Assembly: GCA_964468225.1 (NCBI GenBank)
Contig: CAYXVC010000041.1
Coordinates: 1 to 17,618, forward strand
Reading direction: 5' to 3'
Length of the DNA stretch: 17,618 nt
DNA from: an uncultured Gammaproteobacteria bacterium
GTDB lineage: Bacteria > Pseudomonadota > Gammaproteobacteria > JAADGQ01
The position numbers were made by a program, and so were the translations under genes. Under the pieces are notes generated by a model that was given only the letters and a program-made list of their open reading frames with translations, ran no database searches and had not been told where the DNA came from. Numbering within the stretch: the first letter of the stretch is position 1; the number at the start of each line of letters is the position of its first letter. This document shows positions 1 through 8,665 of the stretch, one piece after another.

Positions 1-683
1 ATATCGCCCACCGGCCCACCTGCATTGGCACTGACCAGTACTTGGTGCAACGTGTCTAGCGGAATGCGATACGCCGCAAGACGAGCAGGATCCAGCATAA
101 TGCGAATTTCACGATCACGCCCACCAATGGTGTTTGCCACGGAGACACCTTCCAGTGGAATAATCTGCTCTTTAACACGCTCAGCAAGCTGTTTGAGTAA
201 CACTTCATCCACATCATTCGATGACAGCGTGATCACTGAAACCGGCACTTCATCGACATCCAGAGGTTTGATCAAAGGCTGTGAGGCTCCGGGAGGAATG
301 CGATCCAGATTTTGCATGATGCGGTCATAAAGCTTCACCAGACTGACTTCTTTATTCGCCCCCACTTCAAACATTACGGTGACTACCGCCAGCGAATCCA
401 TCGCCATTCCATAAGTGTGCTCCACGCCCGTCATCTCCCGAAGCACCATCTCCAGCGGTCTGACCACCAGATTTTGCACCTCTTCGGGACTGGCTCCCTG
501 CATCTGCACGATGACATTGGCGGCAGGCACATCAATTTGTGGATTCTCTTCTCGTGGTGTAATCATCAACGCCACCACTCCGATGATAAAAATCAGAGCG
601 CTGATGATCGGCGTGATATTTGATTCCATCGCCGCTTTGCCCAAGCGGCCTGCAATATTCAGTTTCGGTTCTGTATCAGCCAT
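1..683 (-). CDS. Efflux RND transporter permease subunit (AcrB/CzcA superfamily), N-terminal part only; gene runs off the left edge of the window
   Basis: Reverse-strand translation from the ATG at 683-681 gives MADTEPKLNIAGRLGKAAMESNITPIISALIFIIGVVALMITPREENPQIDVPAANVIVQMQGASPEEVQNLVVRPLEMVLREM... That is a short cytoplasmic N-terminus, TM1, then the first large periplasmic loop typical of RND pumps. It has no stop before window position 1. Its start lies 4 nt downstream of the adaptor gene stop (687), so it is not in the supplied ORF track only because it is edge-truncated. The plus-strand ORFs 25-330, 312-623 and 415-708 are antisense artefacts. Confidence 0.85.
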   Translation of the reverse strand, partial: MADTEPKLNIAGRLGKAAMESNITPIISALIFIIGVVALMITPREENPQIDVPAANVIVQMQGASPEEVQNLVVRPLEMVLREMTGVEHTYGMAMDSLAVVTVMFEVGANKEVSLVKLYDRIMQNLDRIPPGASQPLIKPLDVDEVPVSVITLSSNDVDEVLLKQLAERVKEQIIPLEGVSVANTIGGRDREIRIMLDPARLAAYRIPLDTLHQVLVSANAGGPVGD

Positions 684-686
684 CGG

Positions 687-1739
687 TTATTCCCCTTTAA
701 CCACTTGAAGGCCGCTTTTAATCTGTGGGAGTGCATCAGGATTCAATACAATACGTTGCTCTGAACTTAACCCCGCCACCACTTCGGTACCTGCAGATTG
801 CACTTGCCCCAAACGTACCAATCGGTAGCGTAAAATATTTTGATCATCCACTAGGTAAACGGCCGTCATTCCATGCCTGTGCGCGATACTTGATTCTGGA
901 ATGACCAGACCCTGACGCTGCCCGACGTTGAAGACCACCTCGGCAAACATGCCCGGGTGAATATTTTTACTGGCGGGCAGGGAGAGCTTCACCAGAAACT
1001 GATACGACCCCGCATCCGCCGCCTGCACCACTTGTCTAACCGTCGCTATAACGGGCTCCTCAATGGAAGCGATGTGCAACTGCACCGATTCACCGACTTG
1101 AATATCGGAAAGATACTGCTCGGAAATGTGTGTTTCTACCAAAAGGTGCGAAGGATCTTCCAGAACTAAAATCGGCATACCCGGTGATGCCAGATCACCA
1201 CTGTTCATTTTCTTCTGAACGATTACACCACTGAGTGGTGCGCGCACTTCGGCATAGGTTAACTGATTGCGTGCCTGAGCCACTTTCGACTTGGCAACTT
1301 TATAACGCAGCTCTGTTTTATCAAACTGCTGCTGGCTGATTGCATGGTCTGACAACAAACTTTTAAAGCGATCCCGATCTGACGCAGCATCGGCCAAATC
1401 TGCTTCGGCCTGCGCCAATGTCTGTTTGGCATCCACAGGATCGATACGAAACAGCACATCGCCTTTCTTGACTCGCGTGCCTTCACGCACTTTGATGCCA
1501 CGAATATAACCCGACAATCTTGAACTGATCGCCACCCGATGATCTGATGTTACGATACCGCTGGTGGTGTACTCAGAGACTAAATCCGTCGCTGTTACGG
1601 TATACAGTTCTGCTTTGATGGTTTCAGGGGTTGTTTCCATCAGAGTCTCTTCCGGGTCTGAACAGCCCGTGATACCACCAAGAACTAAAGTAACCGCGAT
1701 CATGGGAAACCACGCTCGATTCATAAAGTGACCTTTCAT
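687..1739 (-). CDS. Efflux RND transporter periplasmic adaptor subunit (membrane fusion protein), lipoprotein
   Basis: 350 aa. Signal peptide with lipobox (LVLGGITGC-SD). Biotinyl-lipoyl-like and beta-barrel motifs typical of HlyD/AcrA-family adaptors (GDVLFRIDP..., APLSGVIV...). Start ATG overlaps the upstream OMP stop (ATGA, 1736-1739). An RND pump gene follows 4 nt after its stop. Confidence 0.85.
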   Translation of the reverse strand: MKGHFMNRAWFPMIAVTLVLGGITGCSDPEETLMETTPETIKAELYTVTATDLVSEYTTSGIVTSDHRVAISSRLSGYIRGIKVREGTRVKKGDVLFRIDPVDAKQTLAQAEADLADAASDRDRFKSLLSDHAISQQQFDKTELRYKVAKSKVAQARNQLTYAEVRAPLSGVIVQKKMNSGDLASPGMPILVLEDPSHLLVETHISEQYLSDIQVGESVQLHIASIEEPVIATVRQVVQAADAGSYQFLVKLSLPASKNIHPGMFAEVVFNVGQRQGLVIPESSIAHRHGMTAVYLVDDQNILRYRLVRLGQVQSAGTEVVAGLSSEQRIVLNPDALPQIKSGLQVVKGE

Positions 1740-3091
1740 TGAACAATCTCCGGTGTTAATTTTCCTGCCGCCATAAAAAGTGCCGCCTGAGCCAGCGTGA
1801 CATCAAAGCCGGATCGGATAAATTCAACCCGGACGGAATCCGCCTGTGCTTGCGACATTAATAAATCTGTTGTGTTTTCCAACCCCTGATCATGACGAAG
1901 GGTGCGGATTCGCAACGCTTCTTCGGCCTGCTTAAGTCCTTGCTCCCGTGCTTGCTTTCGGTATCGGGCTTCTGATAACTGACGAGCGGCATCCATCACC
2001 TCTCGTCTGATTTGCTGCTGCTTATCTTGCAATTGATAACGCAGTTGTGAGCTTTGAGCAATCGCCACATCCAGCGCGGCTCTATCAGTACCGCCAGAAA
2101 ACAGATTCCACTCAACCACCCCTGCAATCATCGTATTGCCATTTTCAATGGCGATTGAATCACTGTTCCATGACTGTGCCGCTTTAATCGCCACTTGAGG
2201 TTTGAAAGCAGAACGCCGCTCGGCAATCGTACTCTGCGATGCTTTGATCTGCTGTTGTAGTGCGATCAAATCGGAACGATGTGTTGTAGCCCACTGCACC
2301 CAATCAGTAATTTTATGCTCATCAAAGTCTATTTGTAACTCAAAATGCTCTAGTTCAAGCTGCGTTTCAACACCAACGCCCAACAGGTCACGCAGGCGAT
2401 CTTCCGCTCGGGCTTGTGCGTGCTTTGATTGAGTCAGTGCAATATTGACATCCAGCAGATGCACATCGGCATCCATCAAATCACTTGTGATAACGATGCC
2501 TTTTTCCAGTAGTGCCTGGGTTGTTTTCTGATGATTTTTTGCTGCCTGATACGCTTTTTGAGTTGCCGAAATTTGAGCTTCGGCCTGAATGGTTTCGCTA
2601 TACGCTTTGATGACTTCAAATATGATTTGTTGCTGCAATCCCTGCCTGGCGGCAACACGGGCATCCGCCAAAGCTCCTGCTCTCTGCTGACCTGCTGCAA
2701 TGGCTCCCCCTCTGTAAACCGGCGCGACTATTTCCACTCGTGTCTGAAAGTTTGTCACTGCATCGGGATTATTCAGATTGTCTGGATCAAAATCATTTGC
2801 AGAAATACGAGACTGCTCCAGCTTGCTACCAAAAGCCTGAAGAGGAGAATCTGTTCGTGAAATAGAGCTATAAGCCGTCACCGTCGGCCAGCGAGAACGC
2901 TCCGCACGCAACACCCCTGCTTGAGCAGCATCCACTCCCGCTTGCTCTGCGGCAAGTAGATAGTTTTGGCTTAATGCCAAATCAATCGCTTGTTGAATCG
3001 TAAGTTTTTGCTCATTCGCTTGAGGTGCAAAAGAAACAATAAAGAGCACAAGAGTAAAAAAATAAAATCGTATAGAGCCAAACATATTCAC
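1736..3091 (-). CDS. TolC-family outer membrane efflux protein (OMP first in operon, czcC/cusC-like order)
   Basis: 451 aa. N-terminal signal peptide (FFTLVLFIVSFAPQANE). Two-repeat architecture with long Ala/Gln/Leu-rich coiled-coil helices typical of outer membrane factor proteins. Followed in an operon by adaptor and RND pump genes. The start is ambiguous: GTG at 3091 or ATG at 3085. Confidence 0.8.
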   Translation of the reverse strand: MNMFGSIRFYFFTLVLFIVSFAPQANEQKLTIQQAIDLALSQNYLLAAEQAGVDAAQAGVLRAERSRWPTVTAYSSISRTDSPLQAFGSKLEQSRISANDFDPDNLNNPDAVTNFQTRVEIVAPVYRGGAIAAGQQRAGALADARVAARQGLQQQIIFEVIKAYSETIQAEAQISATQKAYQAAKNHQKTTQALLEKGIVITSDLMDADVHLLDVNIALTQSKHAQARAEDRLRDLLGVGVETQLELEHFELQIDFDEHKITDWVQWATTHRSDLIALQQQIKASQSTIAERRSAFKPQVAIKAAQSWNSDSIAIENGNTMIAGVVEWNLFSGGTDRAALDVAIAQSSQLRYQLQDKQQQIRREVMDAARQLSEARYRKQAREQGLKQAEEALRIRTLRHDQGLENTTDLLMSQAQADSVRVEFIRSGFDVTLAQAALFMAAGKLTPEIVQ

Positions 3092-3123
3092 CCAATAACC
3101 ATTAGCAGTATCACATCAGGATA

Positions 3124-3163
3124 TAATATTACATCTAAATAATATTATCAATATATAATATTA
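3124..3163 (-). promoter_or_regulatory. AT-rich promoter/operator region of the efflux operon with three evenly spaced copies of the palindromic octamer TAATATTA
   Basis: TAATATTA lies at 3124-3131, 3140-3147 and 3156-3163, an exact 16-bp periodicity. The octamer is its own reverse complement. Several TATAAT-like hexamers fall in the same 90-bp AT-rich stretch upstream of the OMP start codon. Confidence 0.35.
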
Positions 3164-3378
3164 CCAGCCGCTATTTCCATTTCGGGTGATCCAGAACACC
3201 CCCCGTTGGACAAGTGGATGTCGGACGCATGGTATGTGCCTGCTTTGGTGTTGGTGTGAATACAGTGATGGATGCGATTGCCAAGCAAAAACTGACAACG
3301 CCGGAGATGATTGGGTACTGTTTCGCTACTCCAATGGTTCTTCAACGTAGCGAGGGAAAGCCATTGTGTGTCCATTCC

Positions 3379-3795
3379 TTAGTCATCAAAAACCCGCCCC
3401 CGCAACTTCTTCGTTTTACCTCTCTGGGTTTTGCTATCAAGTCGTTTTTTTTGAGAGCTTCGAGTGGCCTTGGTGGGCCGTCTGGCTTTCTGCACAACGG
3501 CTACACTTTTAATTAATTCCTGTAACCGTTCAAGAGCATCCTCCCTGTTTTTAATTTGAGTACGAAAGCGCTGCGCCTTAAGAATAATCACGCCCTCTTT
3601 ATTAATACGCCGATCTCTCAGGTTCAATAATCGTTGTTTATAGAACTCGGGAAGAGATGATGCATTGATGTCAAAAGACAAATGAATCGCTGAAGATACT
3701 TTATTGACATTTTGCCCCCCTGCTCCCTGCGCACGAATCGCTGAAAGTTCAATTTCATTAGAGGGAATCGAAATATTTTGGGAAATTTTCAGCAT
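3379..3795 (-). CDS. arfB: Alternative ribosome-rescue factor ArfB (YaeJ), peptidyl-tRNA hydrolase
   Basis: 138 aa. GGQ catalytic motif (AQGAGGQNVNKV). Basic Lys/Arg-rich C-terminal tail (RRPTKATRSSQKKRLDSKTQRGKTKKLRGR) characteristic of ArfB/ICT1. Confidence 0.9.
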   Translation of the reverse strand: MLKISQNISIPSNEIELSAIRAQGAGGQNVNKVSSAIHLSFDINASSLPEFYKQRLLNLRDRRINKEGVIILKAQRFRTQIKNREDALERLQELIKSVAVVQKARRPTKATRSSQKKRLDSKTQRGKTKKLRGRVFDD

Positions 3796-3921
3796 AATCA
3801 GATGATTTTAGTTTAACGTATAAAAGGATTGTGTGACAAAGTCACTGATTCTAACTACTCTATCGTGAGATGATACACTCCATTGTCACTCAAATATAAG
3901 AATAATCGGGGAACAATAACC

Positions 3922-5112
3922 ATGCAAAAACTTCGCTCATTTCACCTTCTCACCCTCCCCCTCTTATTAATATTTTCACTATTTATTACAAGCTGTGGTG
4001 GCAACAGTGATCCAAAGAGTGATGATATTGACAATACAATTGTAAAAATCAATTACGACACAGAATCAAAAAGCTGGTGGCTCCATTTTAATTCGGATGA
4101 ACCAGTGCTCTGTGCAGTTAATTTAGGCGAAGCAAATTCAGATGCAGAAATCTTTACCCAATTGCAATCAATGGATATGAGCAGCCCGGTCAAAGAGCAT
4201 AGCCTTGAACTCACACTCACGGCCGATATGCGCTACAGCGCCATGCTGACCACCTTTGATACGGCCAACAATGTACAACGTTCTCAAACCTTTCACTTTA
4301 CAGCCACCCGCAACCCGGACGGTGATATAAATCTCATTGAAAAAACAGTCACTCAACTGATGGATGTTGATAATTTAAGCAACGCATCTGAAATCTGGCA
4401 GGTCGCACCCAGTAGTTCAGAAGTCACTTCCAATAGCGCTACCATTCAATTTGAAACTGACAAAGCAACGCTTGCAAGTACAGCCTATGGAAAATCAGCA
4501 AACTTTGGCCTGTCGACACGCATGGCAGGTGGCATGGCCACAACAGAGCACTCCTTTCAACTTTTGGCACTTTCCGCTGAAACGACTTACCATTACAACA
4601 CCATCGTTGTCGACCCATCAGGAAAACTGTATCAATCAACAAACTTCACGTTCATGACCGAACAAGATACCCAACCCAAAATTAGTTTAGGGAGCAATGT
4701 TGCACTGAGTTCATTAGGTGCAAGCATCGCAAGCGTGAGCAGTAACTGGAATAATGGCAGTAACAGCAGCAACTTTGGAGCCAATAATGCCATTGATGAT
4801 GACCCTGACACAGAGTGGTCATCTAACGGTGATGGAAACAACGCAAGCATAGAAATTACTCTCGATAAACCATACACTATTACAGGCATCGGATTTTGGA
4901 CGAGAACGATGGAAAGCAGCGCCCAAATTGCGCGGTTTGAGGTTCTTACGACTGACGGTACTTCACTGGGTATATTTGACCTTCGCAATGCCAATCAACT
5001 CTATCAATTCGATATTCCTGACACTCAACAACAAACGTTAAAATTTCAGGTAATAAGCAGTAATGGTGGTAATACGGGTGCTAGAAGCATTGAGGTTTAT
5101 GGGTCACTCTAA
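3922..5112 (+). CDS. Lipoprotein with beta-rich FN3/Ig-like regions and a C-terminal discoidin (F5/8 type C)-like domain
   Basis: The ORF track starts at TTG 3883. The ATG at 3922 has GGGGA 9 nt upstream and gives a classic lipoprotein signal (MQKLRSFHLLTLPLLLIFSLFITSC-GG). The C-terminal approximately 120 aa (NAIDDDPDTEWSSNGDGNNASIEITLDKPYTITGIGFW...ARSIEVYG) resemble carbohydrate-binding discoidin domains. Very AT-rich relative to flanking genes. Confidence 0.7.
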   Translation: MQKLRSFHLLTLPLLLIFSLFITSCGGNSDPKSDDIDNTIVKINYDTESKSWWLHFNSDEPVLCAVNLGEANSDAEIFTQLQSMDMSSPVKEHSLELTLTADMRYSAMLTTFDTANNVQRSQTFHFTATRNPDGDINLIEKTVTQLMDVDNLSNASEIWQVAPSSSEVTSNSATIQFETDKATLASTAYGKSANFGLSTRMAGGMATTEHSFQLLALSAETTYHYNTIVVDPSGKLYQSTNFTFMTEQDTQPKISLGSNVALSSLGASIASVSSNWNNGSNSSNFGANNAIDDDPDTEWSSNGDGNNASIEITLDKPYTITGIGFWTRTMESSAQIARFEVLTTDGTSLGIFDLRNANQLYQFDIPDTQQQTLKFQVISSNGGNTGARSIEVYGSL

Positions 5113-5771
5113 TGAAAAACAATAACCTTTTAAAATCATTGGGTCTGTCACCTGTTCTTATATTCGTATTAGCACTTGTTCTAAACGCTTGCGCCAGTGA
5201 TAGTGCCAGCCACTTACCTTCACCACTCGAATTGCCTGGTGCAATTCTTGGCACGGTCATTGAAAATACCAGTTATAACGCGAAACGAAAAAAAGTTGAT
5301 GCCTATGTCACACAAAATTATCTCACTATTCGCCAGGATGTGATGCAAGGAGGAGGAAAAGTACTTGAGGGCGCACTTAGTGTTGCGGGAATAAAATCGA
5401 ATAAACGTGATGAAGCCAGGAATGACTTGATCACAAACAAATCAAACTATTTCCAAAATACTGAACTGGTGACCGATGCTTTAATAAACCGCTTTACATC
5501 TTTATACCCTGTTCGAAAACAAGATAAAAAAATCAATGGGTTTAGTTATACAGAAGCACTCCTTGTGATAAAAAACTATACCGATCAAAATTTCGAAGCA
5601 CTGCGGATAGCTATACAAAAAGGAGAGGGATCAGCATTAGAAGAATTAGCATCACAATTAAATATTGATGATACGAACAAGCGAGCACAGTTCAAACAAC
5701 AAACAAAATTGCTATATAAGACGATTTATCTGGAACCCGTAATTGTGGTCTTAATGGTGAATGCGTCATAG
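5112..5771 (+). CDS. Lipoprotein of unknown function, translationally coupled to the upstream lipoprotein
   Basis: 219 aa. Signal peptide plus lipobox (VLALVLNAC-AS). Start ATG overlaps the upstream stop (TAATG at 5110-5114). Lys-rich with no recognisable catalytic motif. Confidence 0.65.
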   Translation: MKNNNLLKSLGLSPVLIFVLALVLNACASDSASHLPSPLELPGAILGTVIENTSYNAKRKKVDAYVTQNYLTIRQDVMQGGGKVLEGALSVAGIKSNKRDEARNDLITNKSNYFQNTELVTDALINRFTSLYPVRKQDKKINGFSYTEALLVIKNYTDQNFEALRIAIQKGEGSALEELASQLNIDDTNKRAQFKQQTKLLYKTIYLEPVIVVLMVNAS

Positions 5772-5816
5772 CTAAATATGGCATGCCTCTTGGCATTTTC
5801 TGATAGTGAAACTGCG

Positions 5817-5841
5817 AATGCTCCGCAGTTTCTGGATAGGC
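5817..5841. terminator. Hairpin between convergent genes, a possible bidirectional terminator
   Basis: GAAACTGCG-aatgctc-CGCAGTTTC, a 9-bp perfect stem with a 7-nt loop. It lies between the lipoprotein operon stop (5771) and the stop of the minus-strand PLP-enzyme gene (5846). The U-tract is only partial (TTTC). Confidence 0.4.
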
Positions 5842-5845
5842 CAAA

Positions 5846-7075
5846 CTATATTAATGCCCGAGCAAAATCATCCAGCAAATCATTTTGGTCTTCAATGCCA
5901 ATCGACAACCGAATCATGCTGTCAGAAATTCCCATTGAAGCACGACGCTCTGGCCCCATTTCATAAAAAATAGTATGAGCCACTGGAATACCTAACGTCC
6001 GGTTATCGCCTAAATTACTCGAAGCAACCACAGCCTCCAATGAGTTTAGAAAGTCAAAACAATCCACTTGATCCGTCAGTTCGATACTCATTAATGAACC
6101 AAAACGTTTGAATAATTTCTGAGCACGCTCATGTTCTGGATGATTTTTAATACTCGGGTGAAATACTTTTTTAACTTTTGGGTGCGAATCAAAAAAATCA
6201 GCCAATACCACAGAATTCTCACAAGAACGTTCCATTCGCAATGCCAATGTTTCCGCACCAATCGCCAGATAATGAGCCGATTCGGGCGATATAGTCCCTC
6301 CTGTATCTCTAAGCCCTTTTTTCTTTATTTGTAAAAGCCCCCAGTTAGAAGTTGGCCCTTTTTTGTAGTTATCATAAATATTTTCAAATCGAGACCAATC
6401 GTAAATTCCTGTTTCAGTGACAGCACCACCCAACGCGTTACCATGACCACCGATGTATTTGGTTAATGAATTAATAATCAGCCCTGCTTTTACAAATTTA
6501 GGCAGGAAAAGATAAGGTGATGTGACAGTATTATCAACGATATAAAGTAGATTCCTGTTTTCACAAAAATCACCAATCCCTTCAAGATCACTCACTTGAG
6601 TGCATGGATTGGCAATTGTTTCAACAAACACCGTTTTGGTATTAGGCTGAACCGCCGCCGCCACATTATTCACATCCGTCGCATCAACAAAGGTGACTTC
6701 AATACCCAGCGTTTTTAGCGTATTAAACAGGCTGTTGGTATTACCAAACAAAAAAGCACTTGAAATCAGATGATCTCCCGCACGCAGCAAAGCAATTATG
6801 GTTGAAGTAATCGCCGACATTCCTGTTGCAAAGCAAATAGAATCCACGCCCCCTTCCATCAACGTTACTTTATCTTCCAGCGCTGATGTGGTCGGATTAT
6901 TTTGACGACCGTATGAATAACCACTCTTCTTTCCTTGAAAAACATCCGCCAGTGCCCGTGCATCACCATATTCAAATGCAACTGAAGTATGAATGGGTTT
7001 GTGCAGTGAGCCATGCTCAATCGTGCTTTGACGATCATTATGCAAAATTTTTGTAGTAAAACCTTCAGATTTCAT
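5846..7075 (-). CDS. PLP-dependent Cys/Met-metabolism family enzyme, O-acetyl- or O-succinyl-homoserine sulfhydrylase-like (MetY/MetZ family)
   Basis: 409 aa. N-terminus FTTKILHNDRQ resembles the xxTxxLHAG start of the family. The PLP-lysine motif SLTKYIGGHG is present. The C-terminus (GISDSMIRLSIGIEDQNDLLDDFARAL) is the canonical end of the trans-sulfuration fold. Confidence 0.85.
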   Translation of the reverse strand: MKSEGFTTKILHNDRQSTIEHGSLHKPIHTSVAFEYGDARALADVFQGKKSGYSYGRQNNPTTSALEDKVTLMEGGVDSICFATGMSAITSTIIALLRAGDHLISSAFLFGNTNSLFNTLKTLGIEVTFVDATDVNNVAAAVQPNTKTVFVETIANPCTQVSDLEGIGDFCENRNLLYIVDNTVTSPYLFLPKFVKAGLIINSLTKYIGGHGNALGGAVTETGIYDWSRFENIYDNYKKGPTSNWGLLQIKKKGLRDTGGTISPESAHYLAIGAETLALRMERSCENSVVLADFFDSHPKVKKVFHPSIKNHPEHERAQKLFKRFGSLMSIELTDQVDCFDFLNSLEAVVASSNLGDNRTLGIPVAHTIFYEMGPERRASMGISDSMIRLSIGIEDQNDLLDDFARALI

Positions 7076-7235
7076 GAGAATTTAAAAGTACCTTTTAATA
7101 AGATGGATGATTGAAACTTGCTGAAAAACTTGGTTTTCAACATACCTTTATCTTTATTAATGAATGATATAAATAGAGTAAAGCGACATGCTTTAATAAG
7201 CAATGCTCTACAATGATTTGTACAGTTTTTATTGA

Positions 7236-7259
7236 GTGGCTCGGCTTATTCCGAGCCAC
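7236..7259 (-). terminator. GC-rich hairpin directly after the SPFH gene stop, a putative terminator or stabilising 3' hairpin
   Basis: GTGGCTCGG-cttatt-CCGAGCCAC, a 9-bp perfect stem. It begins 7 nt after the stop at 7267-7269. There is no canonical U-tract on the minus strand, so the call is tentative. Confidence 0.35.
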
Positions 7260-7266
7260 CACTTAA

Positions 7267-8418
7267 CTATTTAATCAATGCTGGACTTTTCACTAAATCA
7301 GTCATAACCCCCTCTAAACCTGAATAGACGTGAATATTTCCAATACGCTCAGTGACTTTTTCCAAGACCTCGAGCTCTTTCAGACGCATCAATGTTGAGT
7401 TACCTTCCATCATTTTGGCCGTGTTATGCAGCAATCGTGTCGCTGCTGCTTCTTCACGCCGTTTAATCATATTAGCTTCCGCTGCCTTTTCAGCTTCAAC
7501 AACCTGGTTAAGAATAGTTTTCATATCTCCAGGCAAAATAATGTCACGTACACCCACACTTTTAATAGAAATGCCGTACTCCTCTACTCGTTGCCGAATA
7601 CCATCAATAATCACCTTATTCAGTGCATCTTTGTCACTCAAAAGTTGATCCAGAGTTTTGGTTCCAACCGCCTCACGCAGTTGTAACTGAAACTCTCGGT
7701 ACAGGTAGTCATTAAAGTCCGCCAACTTACTCTGTGCAAGTTGTGGATCACCGACTCGATAAGCAGCAGAAAGATTCAGCCTCAGGCTGACTCGATCTTT
7801 AGTCAGAATTTCCTGCCCACTCACTTCAATGTTTTGCAGGCGCAAATCAATGTGCCTAACTTCTACATTACGGTGATACTTCCAGAAACCATAGCTCCCT
7901 GGTTTCAACATCTCTTCGAGCTTACCATTAACCAGCAACAGCCCTACATGATGATCATTCACTTCAGTATAGTAAATGACCTGCCCTGCCTGCCGCGTCA
8001 ATAGCGCTTTATGACCTCGGCTCAGCAGAGCTAATACAGCCTTTGATACACGGAACTCCTCTGAAATTTCAATCCGTTTCAACTCAGTACGTTCGAGCCC
8101 TTTCCAATAAATTTTGAAACTACCTGGCGCAACGATATCTACAAGCTGGCCATCACGGTACAACAACCCTACTTCATAATCGCTGAGTTGATAGGCTTCC
8201 AGATAGTCACGGGTTTTATCCACGAAAGTTGATACCAAAAGTTTACCCAAACTATGATCCAGCTCATGACGAGTGATATCAAAGCGTTCGATTTTGATAT
8301 TGCCAAGTAGATCGAAATAACGATAACTTCCTGGCTCAAGGACTTTCGCAAAGCGATTCATCTTAAACAGGAAAGCCCTTTCGTTATCTGCAATTTCAAT
8401 TTTTTTAACGAAAAACAT
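7267..8418 (-). CDS. SPFH/band-7 (stomatin/prohibitin/flotillin/HflKC) domain protein with repeated N-terminal PGS[YF] modules
   Basis: 383 aa. The C-terminal half (QEILTKDRVSLRLNLSAAYRVGDPQ ... GISIKSVGVRDIILPGDMKTILNQVVEAEKAAEANMIKRREEAAA) is a typical SPFH core. The N-terminal half has three approximately 70-aa-spaced repeats: LEPGSYRYFDL..., VAPGSFKIYWKG..., LKPGSYGFWKYH... No N-terminal TM helix. Strong SD (AGGAGG) precedes the ATG at 8418. Confidence 0.75.
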   Translation of the reverse strand: MFFVKKIEIADNERAFLFKMNRFAKVLEPGSYRYFDLLGNIKIERFDITRHELDHSLGKLLVSTFVDKTRDYLEAYQLSDYEVGLLYRDGQLVDIVAPGSFKIYWKGLERTELKRIEISEEFRVSKAVLALLSRGHKALLTRQAGQVIYYTEVNDHHVGLLLVNGKLEEMLKPGSYGFWKYHRNVEVRHIDLRLQNIEVSGQEILTKDRVSLRLNLSAAYRVGDPQLAQSKLADFNDYLYREFQLQLREAVGTKTLDQLLSDKDALNKVIIDGIRQRVEEYGISIKSVGVRDIILPGDMKTILNQVVEAEKAAEANMIKRREEAAATRLLHNTAKMMEGNSTLMRLKELEVLEKVTERIGNIHVYSGLEGVMTDLVKSPALIK

Positions 8419-8665
8419 AGTGCCTCCTAAAATAACTGTTTTTTATAAAAAGTCGGGTGCTCTCCGCTGTAAAAACGGAATATCACATTTAATAAATAAG
8501 TACTGTATTGAGCGGTTAATAGAGTCACTACATTCATTTTCACCTTTACCAGCCCAAAAACATCAAGCAATAACTCGATCAACTTCAATACCATACGTAT
8601 TCACCAAAGCGGTCACATTCGGCAATTACACCGCTGCTTGAAATACGATATAACCGCATATCAAA

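Noticed and set aside
25-708. Plus-strand ORFs 25-330, 312-623 and 415-708 from the six-frame track
   Set aside because: They are antisense to a clearly homologous RND-pump N-terminus (minus strand, ATG at 683) and have odd, His/Arg/Ser-rich, non-protein-like composition.
957-2860. Antisense ORFs inside the efflux genes (957-1169, 1259-1501, 2202-2432, 2476-2700, 2531-2860)
   Set aside because: They are embedded in and antisense to, or frame-shifted relative to, well-supported efflux genes, and are low-complexity translations.
3214-3516. 100-aa plus-strand ORF with a Bfd-like N-terminal motif (MVCACFGVGVNTVMDAIAK..., resembling the CxC...CxxC [2Fe-2S] BFD domain)
   Set aside because: Only the first Cys pair is present and the downstream CxxC is missing. 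There is no convincing SD. The 3' third overlaps arfB on the opposite strand. It is at best a decayed remnant and is not called as a gene.
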